DNA from: a virus
Taxonomy: Duplodnaviria > Caudoviricetes
Length of the DNA: 64,000 nucleotides
Reading direction: 5' to 3' (one strand)
Virus record (IMG/VR): IMGVR_UViG_2885131123_000003
Span: 31,504-95,503 of that record
How positions within the stretch are numbered: position 1 is the first letter of the stretch; every line of letters starts with the position of its first letter. Positions 28,571-39,460 of the stretch are shown piece by piece. Both the position numbers and the translations under genes were made by a program. The notes under the pieces were generated by a model, which was not told where the DNA came from, did not search any database, and saw nothing but the letters and a program-made list of their open reading frames with translations.

Positions 28571-28657
28571 CAATCACATCTCAACGAACTGGCCTTAAGC
28601 ATCTATCAGAAATGGTAGGTGCTTTTCTTATGCCCAAATTCAGGAAAGGAGGAGCCT

Positions 28658-31600
28658 ATGGCGGGAAGTAGAATCAAGGGTATCACTGTTGAAATCGGCG
28701 GGGATACCACAAAACTTCAGACAGCCTTAAAGGGTGTCAATTCAGAAATCAAGAATACACAGAGTCAGCTCAAGGATGTCGAAAAGCTCCTGAAACTGGA
28801 TCCAGGCAACACCGAGCTGCTTGCCCAGAAGCAGAAGCTCCTTTCCAGCGCTGTCAGTGAAACAAAGGAAAAGCTCGCTACTCTCAAGACTGCTGCAGAG
28901 CAGGCAAATCAGGCGCTTGCGAATGGTGACATTTCTAAAGAACAGTATGATGCTCTTCAGAGGGAGATCATCGAAACGGAAGAAGATCTCAAAAAGCTGG
29001 AAGCTCAGGCAAATCAGTCTGCCACTGCTGTGCAGAAGATTGCTACTGCTGGTGAAAGCCTGAAGTCTGCAGGCGATAAGGTTTCCTCCGCCGGTGAAAA
29101 GCTCCTTCCTGCCTCTGCAGCAGTTACAGCTCTTGGCGTTGCTGCTGTAAAAACAGCCTCCGACTTCGATTCTTCTATGAGCCAGGTAGCCGCCGTGTCT
29201 GGTGCAACCGGAGAGGACTTCGACAAGCTCCGCGCAAAGGCTCGTGAGATGGGTGCGAAAACCAAGTTCTCAGCATCTGAAGCTGCGGATGCCATGAACT
29301 ATATGGCGATGGCCGGATGGAAAACCTCCGACATGCTGGATGGTATCGAAGGCATCATGAACCTTGCTGCGGCATCTGGTGAGGACCTTGCCACCACATC
29401 AGATATCGTAACCGATGCACTGACTGCATTTGGGCTCACCGCCAAGGACTCTGGGCATTTCGCGGACATCCTTGCAGCGGCAAGCTCTAACGCAAATACG
29501 AATGTCAGTATGATGGGTGAAACCTTCAAATACTGTGCACCGATTGCAGGTGCACTTGGCTTTTCCGCAGAGGATACCGCAGAAGCCATCGGCCTTATGG
29601 CGAATGCTGGCATCAAATCTTCACAGGCCGGTACCGCTCTTCGCACCATCATGAATAATCTTACTGGCGAGGTGAAGCTCTCCGGCAAATCCATCGGGGA
29701 TGTGACGATTGCAACCACCAATGCCGATGGATCGATGCGAAGTCTCACGGCAATCCTTGCAGACTGCCGGTCCGCCTTCGGGCAGCTTTCGGATTCTGAG
29801 AAAGCATCGAATGCAGAGGCACTCGTCGGTAAGAATGCCATGTCCGGCTTCCTTGCTCTTATGAACTCCGCACCTGGAGATATTTCAAAGCTCGAAGGTG
29901 CAATCAAGAACTGTGATGGCACATCTGAGAAGATGGCAGAAACCATGCAGGACAACTTAAGTGGTCAGCTTACGATTCTAAAATCGCAGCTTCAGGAGCT
30001 CGCCATTTCCTTTGCAGATCTCATGATGCCTGCAATCCGTTCTCTGGTATCGGCTTTGCAGGGCTTGGTGGACTTCCTGAATAAACTGCCGGAGCCAGTA
30101 AAGCAGATTATCCTCGTGGTAGCACTTCTGGTCGCTGCTCTTGGTCCTGTACTTATCTTTGTTGGAAAAATCATGAGTGCAGTCGGCTCTATCATGACGA
30201 TGGCACCGAAGATTGCAGGTGCCGTGAATACGGTCACAGGAGCCATCAAGGGCATCGGTGCAGCGACATCCGGAATTAGCGCTGTGCTGAAGGTATTCTC
30301 CGGCATTGGTCTTGTGATCGGTGGTGCTATCACCGCTGTGAAAAACTTCATCGATATGTTCCAGAACGGATTCTCCGTAGTAAAGGATATCCTGATGGGC
30401 GTTGGCATTGCCCTTGCTGCTGTTGGAGCGGTTATTCTTGGTGCTCCGGCACTGGTTGCAGGCGTGGTGGCCGCGATTGTCTTTGCAGTGGCAAATCTTG
30501 TCATTGTGATCAAAGAACACTGGACGGAAATCGGAACCTTCCTTTCTGGCCTGTGGGAGAACATCAAAACACTTGCTGGTATGGTGTGGCAGGCAATCTC
30601 TGATACGATTGGAATCATCGTCTCAGGAATTGCAACGTTTCTTTCCGGTATTTGGACAAGCATTGCTACAACCGCTTCTTCCATCTGGGCTGCAATCAGC
30701 ACGACCGTCGGTGGTATTGTACAGAACATTGTCGATACAATCACGAATATCTGGAACGGATTTGTGTCGGTTTTCGGCCCGCTGCTAGAAGCCTTCCGGT
30801 ATCTGTTTGAAACCATCTTTCAGGCTATTCAAATCTTGATCGGCATGGCGATGGATGCAATCAGCACAAAAATCCAGGAGATTTGGAATGCCATCGTTGC
30901 CTTCCTGACTCCGCTTCTCACTGCATTGCAGAGCTTTTTCCAGACAATCTGGACGGCCATTCAGACTGTGGTAACTACGGTGTTGACCACGATCCAGTCC
31001 ATCTTTACGACGGTCTGGAATGCCATCAAATCGGTAGTAACGTCTGTGCTAAATGCCATCAAGGGTGTGGTGACAAGTATCTGGAACAGCATCAGCGGCT
31101 ATATCTCTGGTGTGATGAATACCATTAAGAACACGGTTTCTTCCATCTGGAATAGCGTAAAGTCGGCTGTCGGCAGCATCATTGGTCAGATTTATAACGT
31201 GATCCATTCTGGATTTGAACGTGCCGTCAGCTACGTTAAAGGTCTTGCTTCTCAGGCATTCAGCTGGGGACGCGACCTCATCATGGGTATCGTGAATGGT
31301 ATCAAGTCGGCTGTTGGCGCAGTTACCGATGCGGTAAATGGTGTAGCAAACAAGATTCGTTCCGTACTGCACTTCTCCGTACCGGACGAAGGACCACTCA
31401 CGGATTATGAATCCTGGATGCCAGACTTCATGGCTGGCCTTGCAAAAGGCATCGAGCAGAGCAAGAGTCTTGTGGCAAAGGCCATGAATGGTGTTGCAAC
31501 CAGCATGGTGATCAACCCGCAGATTGGAAAAATGGAAACTGCCACAGCCACTACATCTGCCGGAACAGCTGATACCCTCACTGGTATCACTGCTGCAATC

Positions 31601-31732
31601 CGTGAAGGTCTCGCTGGTGTAACTGGTCAGTCAGGAGACATCGTAATTCCGGTATACCTTGGCGGCACGATGTTAGATGAAGTCATTGTCAATGCCCAGC
31701 AGGGGGCAAATCTCAGAAGCGGAGGTCGGTAA
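28658..31732 (+). CDS. Tape measure protein (TP901 core)
   Basis: RIKGITVEIGGDT, TKFSASEAADA, Trp-periodic repeats. Confidence 0.93.
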   Translation: MAGSRIKGITVEIGGDTTKLQTALKGVNSEIKNTQSQLKDVEKLLKLDPGNTELLAQKQKLLSSAVSETKEKLATLKTAAEQANQALANGDISKEQYDALQREIIETEEDLKKLEAQANQSATAVQKIATAGESLKSAGDKVSSAGEKLLPASAAVTALGVAAVKTASDFDSSMSQVAAVSGATGEDFDKLRAKAREMGAKTKFSASEAADAMNYMAMAGWKTSDMLDGIEGIMNLAAASGEDLATTSDIVTDALTAFGLTAKDSGHFADILAAASSNANTNVSMMGETFKYCAPIAGALGFSAEDTAEAIGLMANAGIKSSQAGTALRTIMNNLTGEVKLSGKSIGDVTIATTNADGSMRSLTAILADCRSAFGQLSDSEKASNAEALVGKNAMSGFLALMNSAPGDISKLEGAIKNCDGTSEKMAETMQDNLSGQLTILKSQLQELAISFADLMMPAIRSLVSALQGLVDFLNKLPEPVKQIILVVALLVAALGPVLIFVGKIMSAVGSIMTMAPKIAGAVNTVTGAIKGIGAATSGISAVLKVFSGIGLVIGGAITAVKNFIDMFQNGFSVVKDILMGVGIALAAVGAVILGAPALVAGVVAAIVFAVANLVIVIKEHWTEIGTFLSGLWENIKTLAGMVWQAISDTIGIIVSGIATFLSGIWTSIATTASSIWAAISTTVGGIVQNIVDTITNIWNGFVSVFGPLLEAFRYLFETIFQAIQILIGMAMDAISTKIQEIWNAIVAFLTPLLTALQSFFQTIWTAIQTVVTTVLTTIQSIFTTVWNAIKSVVTSVLNAIKGVVTSIWNSISGYISGVMNTIKNTVSSIWNSVKSAVGSIIGQIYNVIHSGFERAVSYVKGLASQAFSWGRDLIMGIVNGIKSAVGAVTDAVNGVANKIRSVLHFSVPDEGPLTDYESWMPDFMAGLAKGIEQSKSLVAKAMNGVATSMVINPQIGKMETATATTSAGTADTLTGITAAIREGLAGVTGQSGDIVIPVYLGGTMLDEVIVNAQQGANLRSGGR

Positions 31733-31734
31733 CG

Positions 31735-32097
31735 ATGGCATTTATACAATATTTGAATTTCAATGGTACTGCCCTCCCACTTCCGGATTCCTATGACCTC
31801 GATCTTTCTGATGTAGAGGCGGATTCCAGTGGTGAAACTGAAGCAGGTACTACGCAGCGGGATGTCGTAAGGTCGGGTGTCGTAAAGATATCCGTCTCTT
31901 TCTCTGTATCCCCGAAATGGCTGAAACAGCTGACAGCCTATTCCAAGCAGCCAAAGCTGACGGTTCAGTATTTTGATACCGAAGATTTATCACAGAAAGA
32001 AGCAGAAATGTATATCAGCGGGTTTAAGGCGAAGCTCAAAAAAGACACCTCCTATAAGGGACTGTGGACAGTGAGCTTTACCCTGAACGAATTTTAA
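31735..32097 (+). CDS. Distal tail protein-like
   Basis: Directly after the tape measure gene; typical size. Confidence 0.65.
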   Translation: MAFIQYLNFNGTALPLPDSYDLDLSDVEADSSGETEAGTTQRDVVRSGVVKISVSFSVSPKWLKQLTAYSKQPKLTVQYFDTEDLSQKEAEMYISGFKAKLKKDTSYKGLWTVSFTLNEF

Positions 32098-32110
32098 TGG
32101 AGGTGGTGCT

Positions 32111-34360
32111 GTGTATCCAGTATCGAATGCCTTTATGCAGGCAATCAAAAGTAACACAAGAAAATATTACTGGACCGGCACGATCACCACCAGTGATAAG
32201 AAAACCTATGAATTTGAAAATGAGGATATCGTAAAAGGCAGCGGATATATTTCGAGGCAGTGCTGCGGAAACTCTGAAATTGAGCTTGGCTCAGTGTATG
32301 CCGCAGAGCTTGGCATCAGCCTGTTCTGTGATATCGACCGATACACCCTGGACGGCGCAGAAATCAAGCTCTGGTTCCATCTGCTGCTTGACGATGGCAG
32401 TACAGAGAGCATTCCGATGGGTGTGTTCTATGTGGCCGAAGCCAATCGCCGTATCAAAACACTGGAGCTGAAAGCCTATGATGGAATGCTGAACCTGGAT
32501 AAATCTTTCAACAAGGGCCTTTCCAGTGCAGCTCCCTATGAATTTCTTTCTCTGTTATCGAAGGCCTGTCATGTGGAGCTTGCGCAGACAAAGGAAGAAA
32601 TCGAGGCTTTGCCAAATGGCACGGAGCTGCTTGGTATCTATCAGGATAATGACATCGAATCGTGGCGTGATTTTCTCTATTACCTTGCCCAGACGCTTAG
32701 CTGCTTTGCAATCATTGATCGTTATGGAAAGCTCTGTCTGACCTCTTACGGGAGCACGCCAGTCATGGCCATTGATATTCGTCATCGGTTCAGCAGCAGC
32801 TTTTCCGATTTTGTTACTCGCTACACAGCGGTCAGCTCCACCAACAAAAAGACGGAAACGGCAGAATACTATGCGAAGGATCCGGATGATGGGCTGACTA
32901 TGAATCTTGGTGTAAATCCGCTTCTGCAGTTTGGCTTGGAAGAAACCAGAAAGCGGATTATAAATGCCATACTGGATGTGGTTTCTTCGGTAGAGTATGT
33001 ACCCTTTGATTCAGAAACCATCGGCAATCCTGCACTGGACCTAGGAGATGTGCTCCGCTTTACCGGCGGCCATGCAGATGAAACCAAACAGTCTGCAATC
33101 ACTTCTATCTACACAAAAATCAATGGAAAGCAAACTGTGAAATGCGTCGGCAAAAATCCAAGGCTTGCTGCAGCAAAAAGTAAGAACGACAAAAACATCA
33201 GTGGCCTGATCAGCTCCATTGGTGAAACAAAGCTCAGCATCTACACCTTCACCAATGCCTTGGCACTGGATGCCGGAGAAGAAAAGCTGTCCATCATCAA
33301 CATGGAGTTTGCATCTGGTGACGAGACTAATGCTGAATTTCATGCCCAGGCGATCATGGAAGTGGAAAGCAATCCTGATACGAGAACACTTACTGCAGAA
33401 ACGACCATTGACCTTGGAACAACCACAGATGACGAGGGGAACGAAGTTGAAAACAAGAAAGTGATTTCCTTTCCACTCTCCTGGAACGAGGACGGGAAAA
33501 CTGCACTCTCCGTTTTCTATGTGCTGGATGGTCATGAGGTTGAGGAATTCCACCCGAAGGAATCGTGGCTCAGCGGCAAGCATATCCTGACGCTCTATTA
33601 CCCGATCATCGGCCTTACGGCAAATCAGCTCCATACCTTCGAGGTGCTGATCTCCATGAAAAATGGAACCGGGCATATCGAGGCACAAAATATCATGGCG
33701 ACCATCGCCGGCCAGGGACTTGGTGTGCAGGAGCGCTGGGACGGCCGGATCACGGCAGACGATACCCTGAAGAAGATTCTTCTTTCCGCTATGCCAACGC
33801 ATACGCTGCGTGACGCTGTTACGGTACATTTCCTTGCTCCGAAAAAGACAGGATTAAATGACCACGTGACATCTATCTCCTTAACCGGAATGCCGATGCG
33901 GTCCGTGAAGGATTCGCTTCGACTCTTTGCACCGATTGTACATGATGTGGTAGAAACCGCGGATAAAAAGAAGATGCATTACCAGAAAGAATATGTCCTT
34001 GATGATGAGGTATTCAAGCTGCGTAAGGACTACGTCCTCTCTGGAAATAGCAATGTTCGCCTTGATCGTGGTCGGATGCTGAAGCTTGTGATTCCGACTG
34101 GAAACTTTGATAGTCTGACTGACCTTGCAATTCTACCTTTTGATACGCTTCCCTTTATCAATATGAAGATTTTGTTTGCTGCTGACCTCCCGCTGAATAG
34201 CTTTACTGAGCTTACCGATGGTGCCGTAAAGCTGAAGAAATCTTTCAGCACACGTATTTCTGGTCAGGACCAGGAGATCGACCGGGGACGGCTTGCCGCA
34301 TTTTCACTTGGGCTTCAGAACATGACCGAAATAACAGAACTGGAGGTAAGCAATGTTTGA
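32111..34360 (+). CDS. Tail/baseplate hub protein
   Basis: Synteny; GNPALDLGDV motif. Confidence 0.7.
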   Translation: MYPVSNAFMQAIKSNTRKYYWTGTITTSDKKTYEFENEDIVKGSGYISRQCCGNSEIELGSVYAAELGISLFCDIDRYTLDGAEIKLWFHLLLDDGSTESIPMGVFYVAEANRRIKTLELKAYDGMLNLDKSFNKGLSSAAPYEFLSLLSKACHVELAQTKEEIEALPNGTELLGIYQDNDIESWRDFLYYLAQTLSCFAIIDRYGKLCLTSYGSTPVMAIDIRHRFSSSFSDFVTRYTAVSSTNKKTETAEYYAKDPDDGLTMNLGVNPLLQFGLEETRKRIINAILDVVSSVEYVPFDSETIGNPALDLGDVLRFTGGHADETKQSAITSIYTKINGKQTVKCVGKNPRLAAAKSKNDKNISGLISSIGETKLSIYTFTNALALDAGEEKLSIINMEFASGDETNAEFHAQAIMEVESNPDTRTLTAETTIDLGTTTDDEGNEVENKKVISFPLSWNEDGKTALSVFYVLDGHEVEEFHPKESWLSGKHILTLYYPIIGLTANQLHTFEVLISMKNGTGHIEAQNIMATIAGQGLGVQERWDGRITADDTLKKILLSAMPTHTLRDAVTVHFLAPKKTGLNDHVTSISLTGMPMRSVKDSLRLFAPIVHDVVETADKKKMHYQKEYVLDDEVFKLRKDYVLSGNSNVRLDRGRMLKLVIPTGNFDSLTDLAILPFDTLPFINMKILFAADLPLNSFTELTDGAVKLKKSFSTRISGQDQEIDRGRLAAFSLGLQNMTEITELEVSNV

Positions 34361-34516
34361 TTATGGAACTATCGAGGATCTTTTAAAGAGCACAGAGCAC
34401 ATGGAGATCCTTCGAAATAATTCTCTGCAGGATGATGGCACCGATACCGTGAAAGGCGTTGACTGGTTTCAGTACAAAGGAAAAATAGCCTCTACCCTTT
34501 ATGTCAGTGGCAACTC
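34353..34516 (+). pseudogene. 5' part of an interrupted tail gene
   Basis: GGAGG RBS; reads ...LYVSGNS, then element DNA; joins in frame to 45687. Confidence 0.85.
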
Positions 34517-34768
34517 TTTGCCACAAAGTCAAGTGGTGAATTCCCAAAAGGCAAGCGGCATAAAAGAAATCCATCTTTTATATCGCTTGCCTTCTTGTTT
34601 TGTTTTGATATTATTTACGGTATTACCTTTAATTTGGGACAAAAAAAAGCAGGAAACCTTTTCAGATTTCCCGCTTAGTAAAACTGTGAAGTTCTTTTAA
34701 TTTAGAACGCTTGTCATACATCCTTAAATAATTCTATCTTTTATGAAATTCAATTATTCTGGACTACC

Positions 34769-36862
34769 TTATTCTGTTGACGGCATATGAATACCCAGAA
34801 AAACCACGCCAAAAGGACTTTCTCTATGACAAATTTCCAGTGGTTCACCATTCATAGCCATCTCATATACTTTTTCAGTAACTACAAGGTCTGTTTCTTC
34901 CCCGTTATCCATCACAATAGTCAATTTGTAATCATCATCATCTACATCTGGATCTTCTGCATGGCTATCCACAATAATAGCTGGATAATGTTGGGCTGGT
35001 CCAATAAGAGCTGCATTTACACAGTAATGAAGTCCACAAGCAATGGACAGTCCAACCACTCCCATGTACAACCCTGCGGCTACCCGATTCCGCTTCGGTG
35101 AACGAAGAACTTGCAGCACAATCAACACTATGGTGATGGAAAGTATCCGAATTAGCCATCCCCAGTTGCCATCTTCCTCCCGAAGCACCAAATCGCCCCA
35201 AATGTCACTAACTTGCCAGAAATAAGTATATCCTATTAACAAACAAATAATCAGCGGGACATGGATGTGCATGGCTCTCCACTCTGGGGTGGCGTTCTGA
35301 GGCTTGTCTCCAAAGGAGAGTACTGGAGCAAACACCAAACAAAATAAAAGAAATGGAATAGGAGCAAATGCACCAATTTTCATAACAGTAGTAAACTTTG
35401 CGTCAGCGAAAAGATATAGTGGAATAGGAATAAGAACGCCAACGGCAAACAATACAATAACAACCCACAATCCAATCCGGATACTTTTGATATGGTCATG
35501 CCAGTGGGTGTGGTACTCCTCCCGCCATTGGACGGTGTTCTCTTGCTGTTCCTCTTGTCTGGTTTGTTTTTCCATCGTAGGAGTCAATGTCGCAGCAAGA
35601 TTGGTACTTTCGAGCCACTCTGCAAACCGTGGAATTCCCAACATATTGGTTTCGATAGAGGCTAATTTTTTTCCCTCACTGTTCAGTAAATGGATGGAGC
35701 GGTTGGCCGTCAGCCGTACCGAAGCCACCTGTCCCGGTGCAAATTTTCGTTTCCTGCCCCAACTGCTAATATACAAAATAGAGTTATCCTGGAACACAAA
35801 CAAAGACCGGTTGCGTCCAGCCAAAAGCATCCATATGCCCAGCAGGAAGAGTAACACACCGGGAATGGCTACAAAGGCGGTGACATCTGGTGCAAAGGGT
35901 GGCGTCCCAGCCACGATGACACCCATGATGGTCAGAACAAATCCAAGCACCCAGACAATTACGCCAAGAACCGTGACTACCATCCGCTCTCGCACGATTA
36001 CCACCGGCTGCTGGGTTTCTTCCCGTTCAGCGTGGCGGCACAGCAGCAGCGCCAAACCGAATCCAAGCAGGTACAGAAGCATCCCCACACCAGTCCACAC
36101 GCCCACCATGTCCAGAGGCTCATTCCCGTCCGAAACAAAAATCAGCGGCAGCAGAATCAGAGAAAAAGCAATCGTAAAGCTACCACAAATAATGCAAGGC
36201 AGCTTACTGCCCTGCACAGGCAGGTCATGGGGCGGTTCCAGAGGCTTTTGAGTAGCATATTCCCTCTGAACGACCTCTAACTCCGGCGGTTGTTCCAGCA
36301 CATGGGCGCAGTGAGGACATTGGGATACATACTCCATCTCACAACTATGACCTTTCCCGCCCATTGGCAAGGACTGACCGCAGGCAGGGCAGAACCAGCA
36401 GCGTTGGAAGATCTTTTTTTGCATTTGTTTTAGTATCAGGAGCGACGCTGCCGGAAGAAGGAAAATCAGCAGGAATAGCCAAGGGCTGTTCGCAGTGATT
36501 AGACCAATCATCAAAATAGTAAAGCATATAGCCATTCCCATCAGAAAGCGGCTTCCCATCTTGGCGGCCTGCCTTGTTGCAAAAATGTAGGTTTCGTTTC
36601 CCTGCTTCATACCTGCGTGCTGAATATCCAGTAAAAATGCCTCAATCAGTTCATACAGATCGTCCGTATCGTTTACATCTTCACTAGTAAATTGGTCGTA
36701 CAGTTTTTCATTTACATACAGCTTTACGCCAGATCGGTTTACCTCAATCTTGCAGTAGAGCCGATTCAGAGTCAGACTGTCTCCTGAAAGTTCCAACTGA
36801 TACTGAGGATATTGCGCTTTTAGACGCTCATACAATTTTTTAAGTTCGTTTTCTTGATACAT
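34769..36862 (-). CDS. Multi-pass membrane protein with zinc ribbon (cargo)
   Basis: Many hydrophobic segments; CPAC...CPHC. Confidence 0.75.
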   Translation of the reverse strand: MYQENELKKLYERLKAQYPQYQLELSGDSLTLNRLYCKIEVNRSGVKLYVNEKLYDQFTSEDVNDTDDLYELIEAFLLDIQHAGMKQGNETYIFATRQAAKMGSRFLMGMAICFTILMIGLITANSPWLFLLIFLLPAASLLILKQMQKKIFQRCWFCPACGQSLPMGGKGHSCEMEYVSQCPHCAHVLEQPPELEVVQREYATQKPLEPPHDLPVQGSKLPCIICGSFTIAFSLILLPLIFVSDGNEPLDMVGVWTGVGMLLYLLGFGLALLLCRHAEREETQQPVVIVRERMVVTVLGVIVWVLGFVLTIMGVIVAGTPPFAPDVTAFVAIPGVLLFLLGIWMLLAGRNRSLFVFQDNSILYISSWGRKRKFAPGQVASVRLTANRSIHLLNSEGKKLASIETNMLGIPRFAEWLESTNLAATLTPTMEKQTRQEEQQENTVQWREEYHTHWHDHIKSIRIGLWVVIVLFAVGVLIPIPLYLFADAKFTTVMKIGAFAPIPFLLFCLVFAPVLSFGDKPQNATPEWRAMHIHVPLIICLLIGYTYFWQVSDIWGDLVLREEDGNWGWLIRILSITIVLIVLQVLRSPKRNRVAAGLYMGVVGLSIACGLHYCVNAALIGPAQHYPAIIVDSHAEDPDVDDDDYKLTIVMDNGEETDLVVTEKVYEMAMNGEPLEICHRESPFGVVFLGIHMPSTE

Positions 36863-36926
36863 AGGTAATCTCCTTCAAGTAAGGGGTTAAGATTTTAATC
36901 AGCATTTCTGCTGTTAATGTTTCTGG

Positions 36927-37307
36927 TTATATATAAGTTTTCATTTTGTTCAGGAAGATGTCCAGATTTTCTTCCTGTGTAGTAAATCCATAGACTTTTT
37001 TAGATATTCGGAACTTTATCATATCTCCATCTGTTAAATAGATTTTGAGAATATATTGAAGCGGAAACAGACTTTTTCGCACTTTTGTTTTCTGGATATT
37101 GCTGAAAGGGATACGGCTGCTTCCCTTTAATTTTTTCGAATCACCTTGAAGTAGGGATACCAATAGCGCACTTTCGCTCAATCCTAAATATCCAAATGTG
37201 TAATTTCGTTTTTTTTGCAATAGTGTGCCGTAAATCGGTGCTTTTAAGGTCTCGCCTATTTCCAGCAATATGGAAAGTGCAGGAACCATCTGTTCATAAA
37301 ATGTCAT
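36927..37307 (-). CDS. Hypothetical cargo protein
   Basis: GGAGG RBS; AT-rich. Confidence 0.65.
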   Translation of the reverse strand: MTFYEQMVPALSILLEIGETLKAPIYGTLLQKKRNYTFGYLGLSESALLVSLLQGDSKKLKGSSRIPFSNIQKTKVRKSLFPLQYILKIYLTDGDMIKFRISKKVYGFTTQEENLDIFLNKMKTYI

Positions 37308-37532
37308 TTCAGTACCTCCGTTAATAAGAAAAAGACAGATACCAATAAGAAAAAGTAATTGTCAAATTGCCATATCTATATGCGAACATTATAGCATCTG
37401 TAGGGGGAGTCGTCATCATTTTTCTACTGTCTGACTAAGAATTTAATGGTAAAAAAATTGTGAATATATCTATCGCAATTTTACAAAAAGAAAAGCCTCA
37501 TCCCTCGCTGATTGAGAGATGAGGCGAAATGA

Positions 37533-39184
37533 TTATGCTGTAATCTCCGGGATTTCTCCGACAAAGTTATAGACGATTCTGACTTCCTGCACCTTCTGTC
37601 CGTCAATCTTCTTGACTTCGCCCACCAAAATTTTGCTGATGAGCCGGTTCAGCACCGCTTCATCCAGTTCTTCAATGGCTGCATAACGCCGGATTTCTTT
37701 GATAAAGGTGCGGACTTCATTTTCCTGTTCGTCAGAGTGGCGCATCATCAACAGCAGGTCTCGCAGGCGCTTCTGGTTAGCTTCCTGCTCCTGCTCCAGT
37801 GTTGCTGTCAGCTTCATAAAACGCTGCTCAGTCAAGATTCCTTTTGCCTTATCGGTATATAGGCTCAGAAACATCTCATCAATTTCACAATTCCTGCTTT
37901 CCAGTCGTTGACATTCCTTCTGTGTCTGGGAAGCGTCCAGAAGATACCGGCGCTCCATCCGGCTGCTCAGCCGCTGATAAAAAGCATCGGCATCTTTGAG
38001 CGCAGTCTTTGCCAGCTCCTGAATATCTTTCAGTACAAGATTGTATAAATCTCTGGCTTCGATCTTGTGGCTGGTACAGGCGTTCTTGCCCAGCCTGTTA
38101 TAGGTCTGGCAGATATAATACGCCTTATCAATCGGTTCCCGCTGTTCGCCGGTAAAACGGTTCTTTCCGGTTCTGCCAACCTTTTCATACCGCACCTGCA
38201 TGGACTTTCCGCAAGTCGCACAATAAATGATACCGTGGAACAGGTTATAAAAGGGGCAGGAGTTGCCCTTCATAATGGTTGGTCTGCGGTCAATGATTTC
38301 CTGTACCTGCTCCCATTCTTCCGGGGAGATGATTGCTTCATGGCAATCCTCGATAATTTCCCAGTCCTCACGAGGGATAATGTCATAGGTGTTGGAGCGA
38401 ATCCCTTTCTGATGTGTCCGGCAGACCAGATGTGCGCCCTTATAAAAGGGATTCCGCAGAATATGGCTGATTCTTGCACTTCCCCATGAATAGTAATTTA
38501 CATCACATTCTGTGTTGCTTTTTACTCTGGTGATCGGGACTTTATCATCCATGAGCTGCTTTGCAATCCGCATGCATCCCCAGCCATCCAGCGCCATATC
38601 ATAGATTTTTCGGATTACCGGTGCTGTCTCAGGGTCACGGATCAAATGCCCCTTATCCTCCGGGTCACGCATCAAACCGAGGGGCGGCTGCCCACCACAA
38701 AACTTCCCCTGCCGGGAACGGGTCATACGCCCTGCCAGCACCTTTTTGGAAATATCCCGGCTGTACAATCGTTCAGGATATTCTTAAACGGCGTAATGTC
38801 CATTTCCTGACGGGTCAGGCTGTCCACTCCGTCTGTAATGGCGATATAGCGTACATTGTGTTTTGGGAAAAAGATTTCGATATAGCTGCCAGCTTCGATA
38901 TAATTCCTGCCCAGTCTGGACAGGTCTTTGGTGATAACGCAGCCGATCTTTCCCGCCTCAATATCGGCAATCATGCGCTGAAAAGAAGGGCGGTTGAAAT
39001 TGCGGCCTGTATAACCGTCATCCACATAATACTCATACTGGAACATTCCGTTTTTTTCGGCAAAGTCCCGGAGCATAAGTTTCTGGTTGCTGATGCTCAT
39101 GCTCTCATTATCGCCGCCATCCTCCAGAGAGATACGGCAATAAAGGGCTGTGATTTTCTGATTCACTTGTTTTTTCCTGCTCAT
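37533..39184 (-). pseudogene. TnpX-like large serine recombinase, frameshifted near 38767
   Basis: YCRIS and KDLSRLGR in 38723-39184; recombinase and Zn-ribbon domains in 37533-38768; AAC GAT (A)TG TAC lacks one base. Confidence 0.85.
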
Positions 39185-39255
39185 AGTGTTCTCCTTCTAT
39201 GAACAGGGACACGATACCATTATAATACCATGCCCCTGTCCATGATTCAACTGCT

Positions 39256-39423
39256 TTACGCCGCTTTTCGTGCCATTTCCTGATGCTCTAACCATTCCTC
39301 GAAGTGTTCGCAGGTCTGACGCTCGATCAGCTGCTCAAAGGCTTCCCGCATGGTTTTGTCCCCAGAAAACTCACGAACCACTACAAACTGGACTTTTTTA
39401 TTCTGCTTCTTGTTTTTCTCCAT
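39256..39423 (-). CDS. Small 55-aa protein upstream of the recombinase (TnpW-like position)
   Basis: GGAGG RBS; MEKNKKQNKKVQFVVVREFSG...; below the ORF-track cutoff. Confidence 0.6.
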   Translation of the reverse strand: MEKNKKQNKKVQFVVVREFSGDKTMREAFEQLIERQTCEHFEEWLEHQEMARKAA

Positions 39424-39460
39424 AGGCTACCTCCATAGAATAGGGGATCAGACGGTAGCT

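Noticed and set aside
30500-31350. Periodic ATCTGG repeats
   Set aside because: Ordinary Trp-periodic tape measure repeats
34517-34700. C-terminal half of ORF 34353-34700 as a real protein
   Set aside because: Read-through from the split tail gene into element DNA
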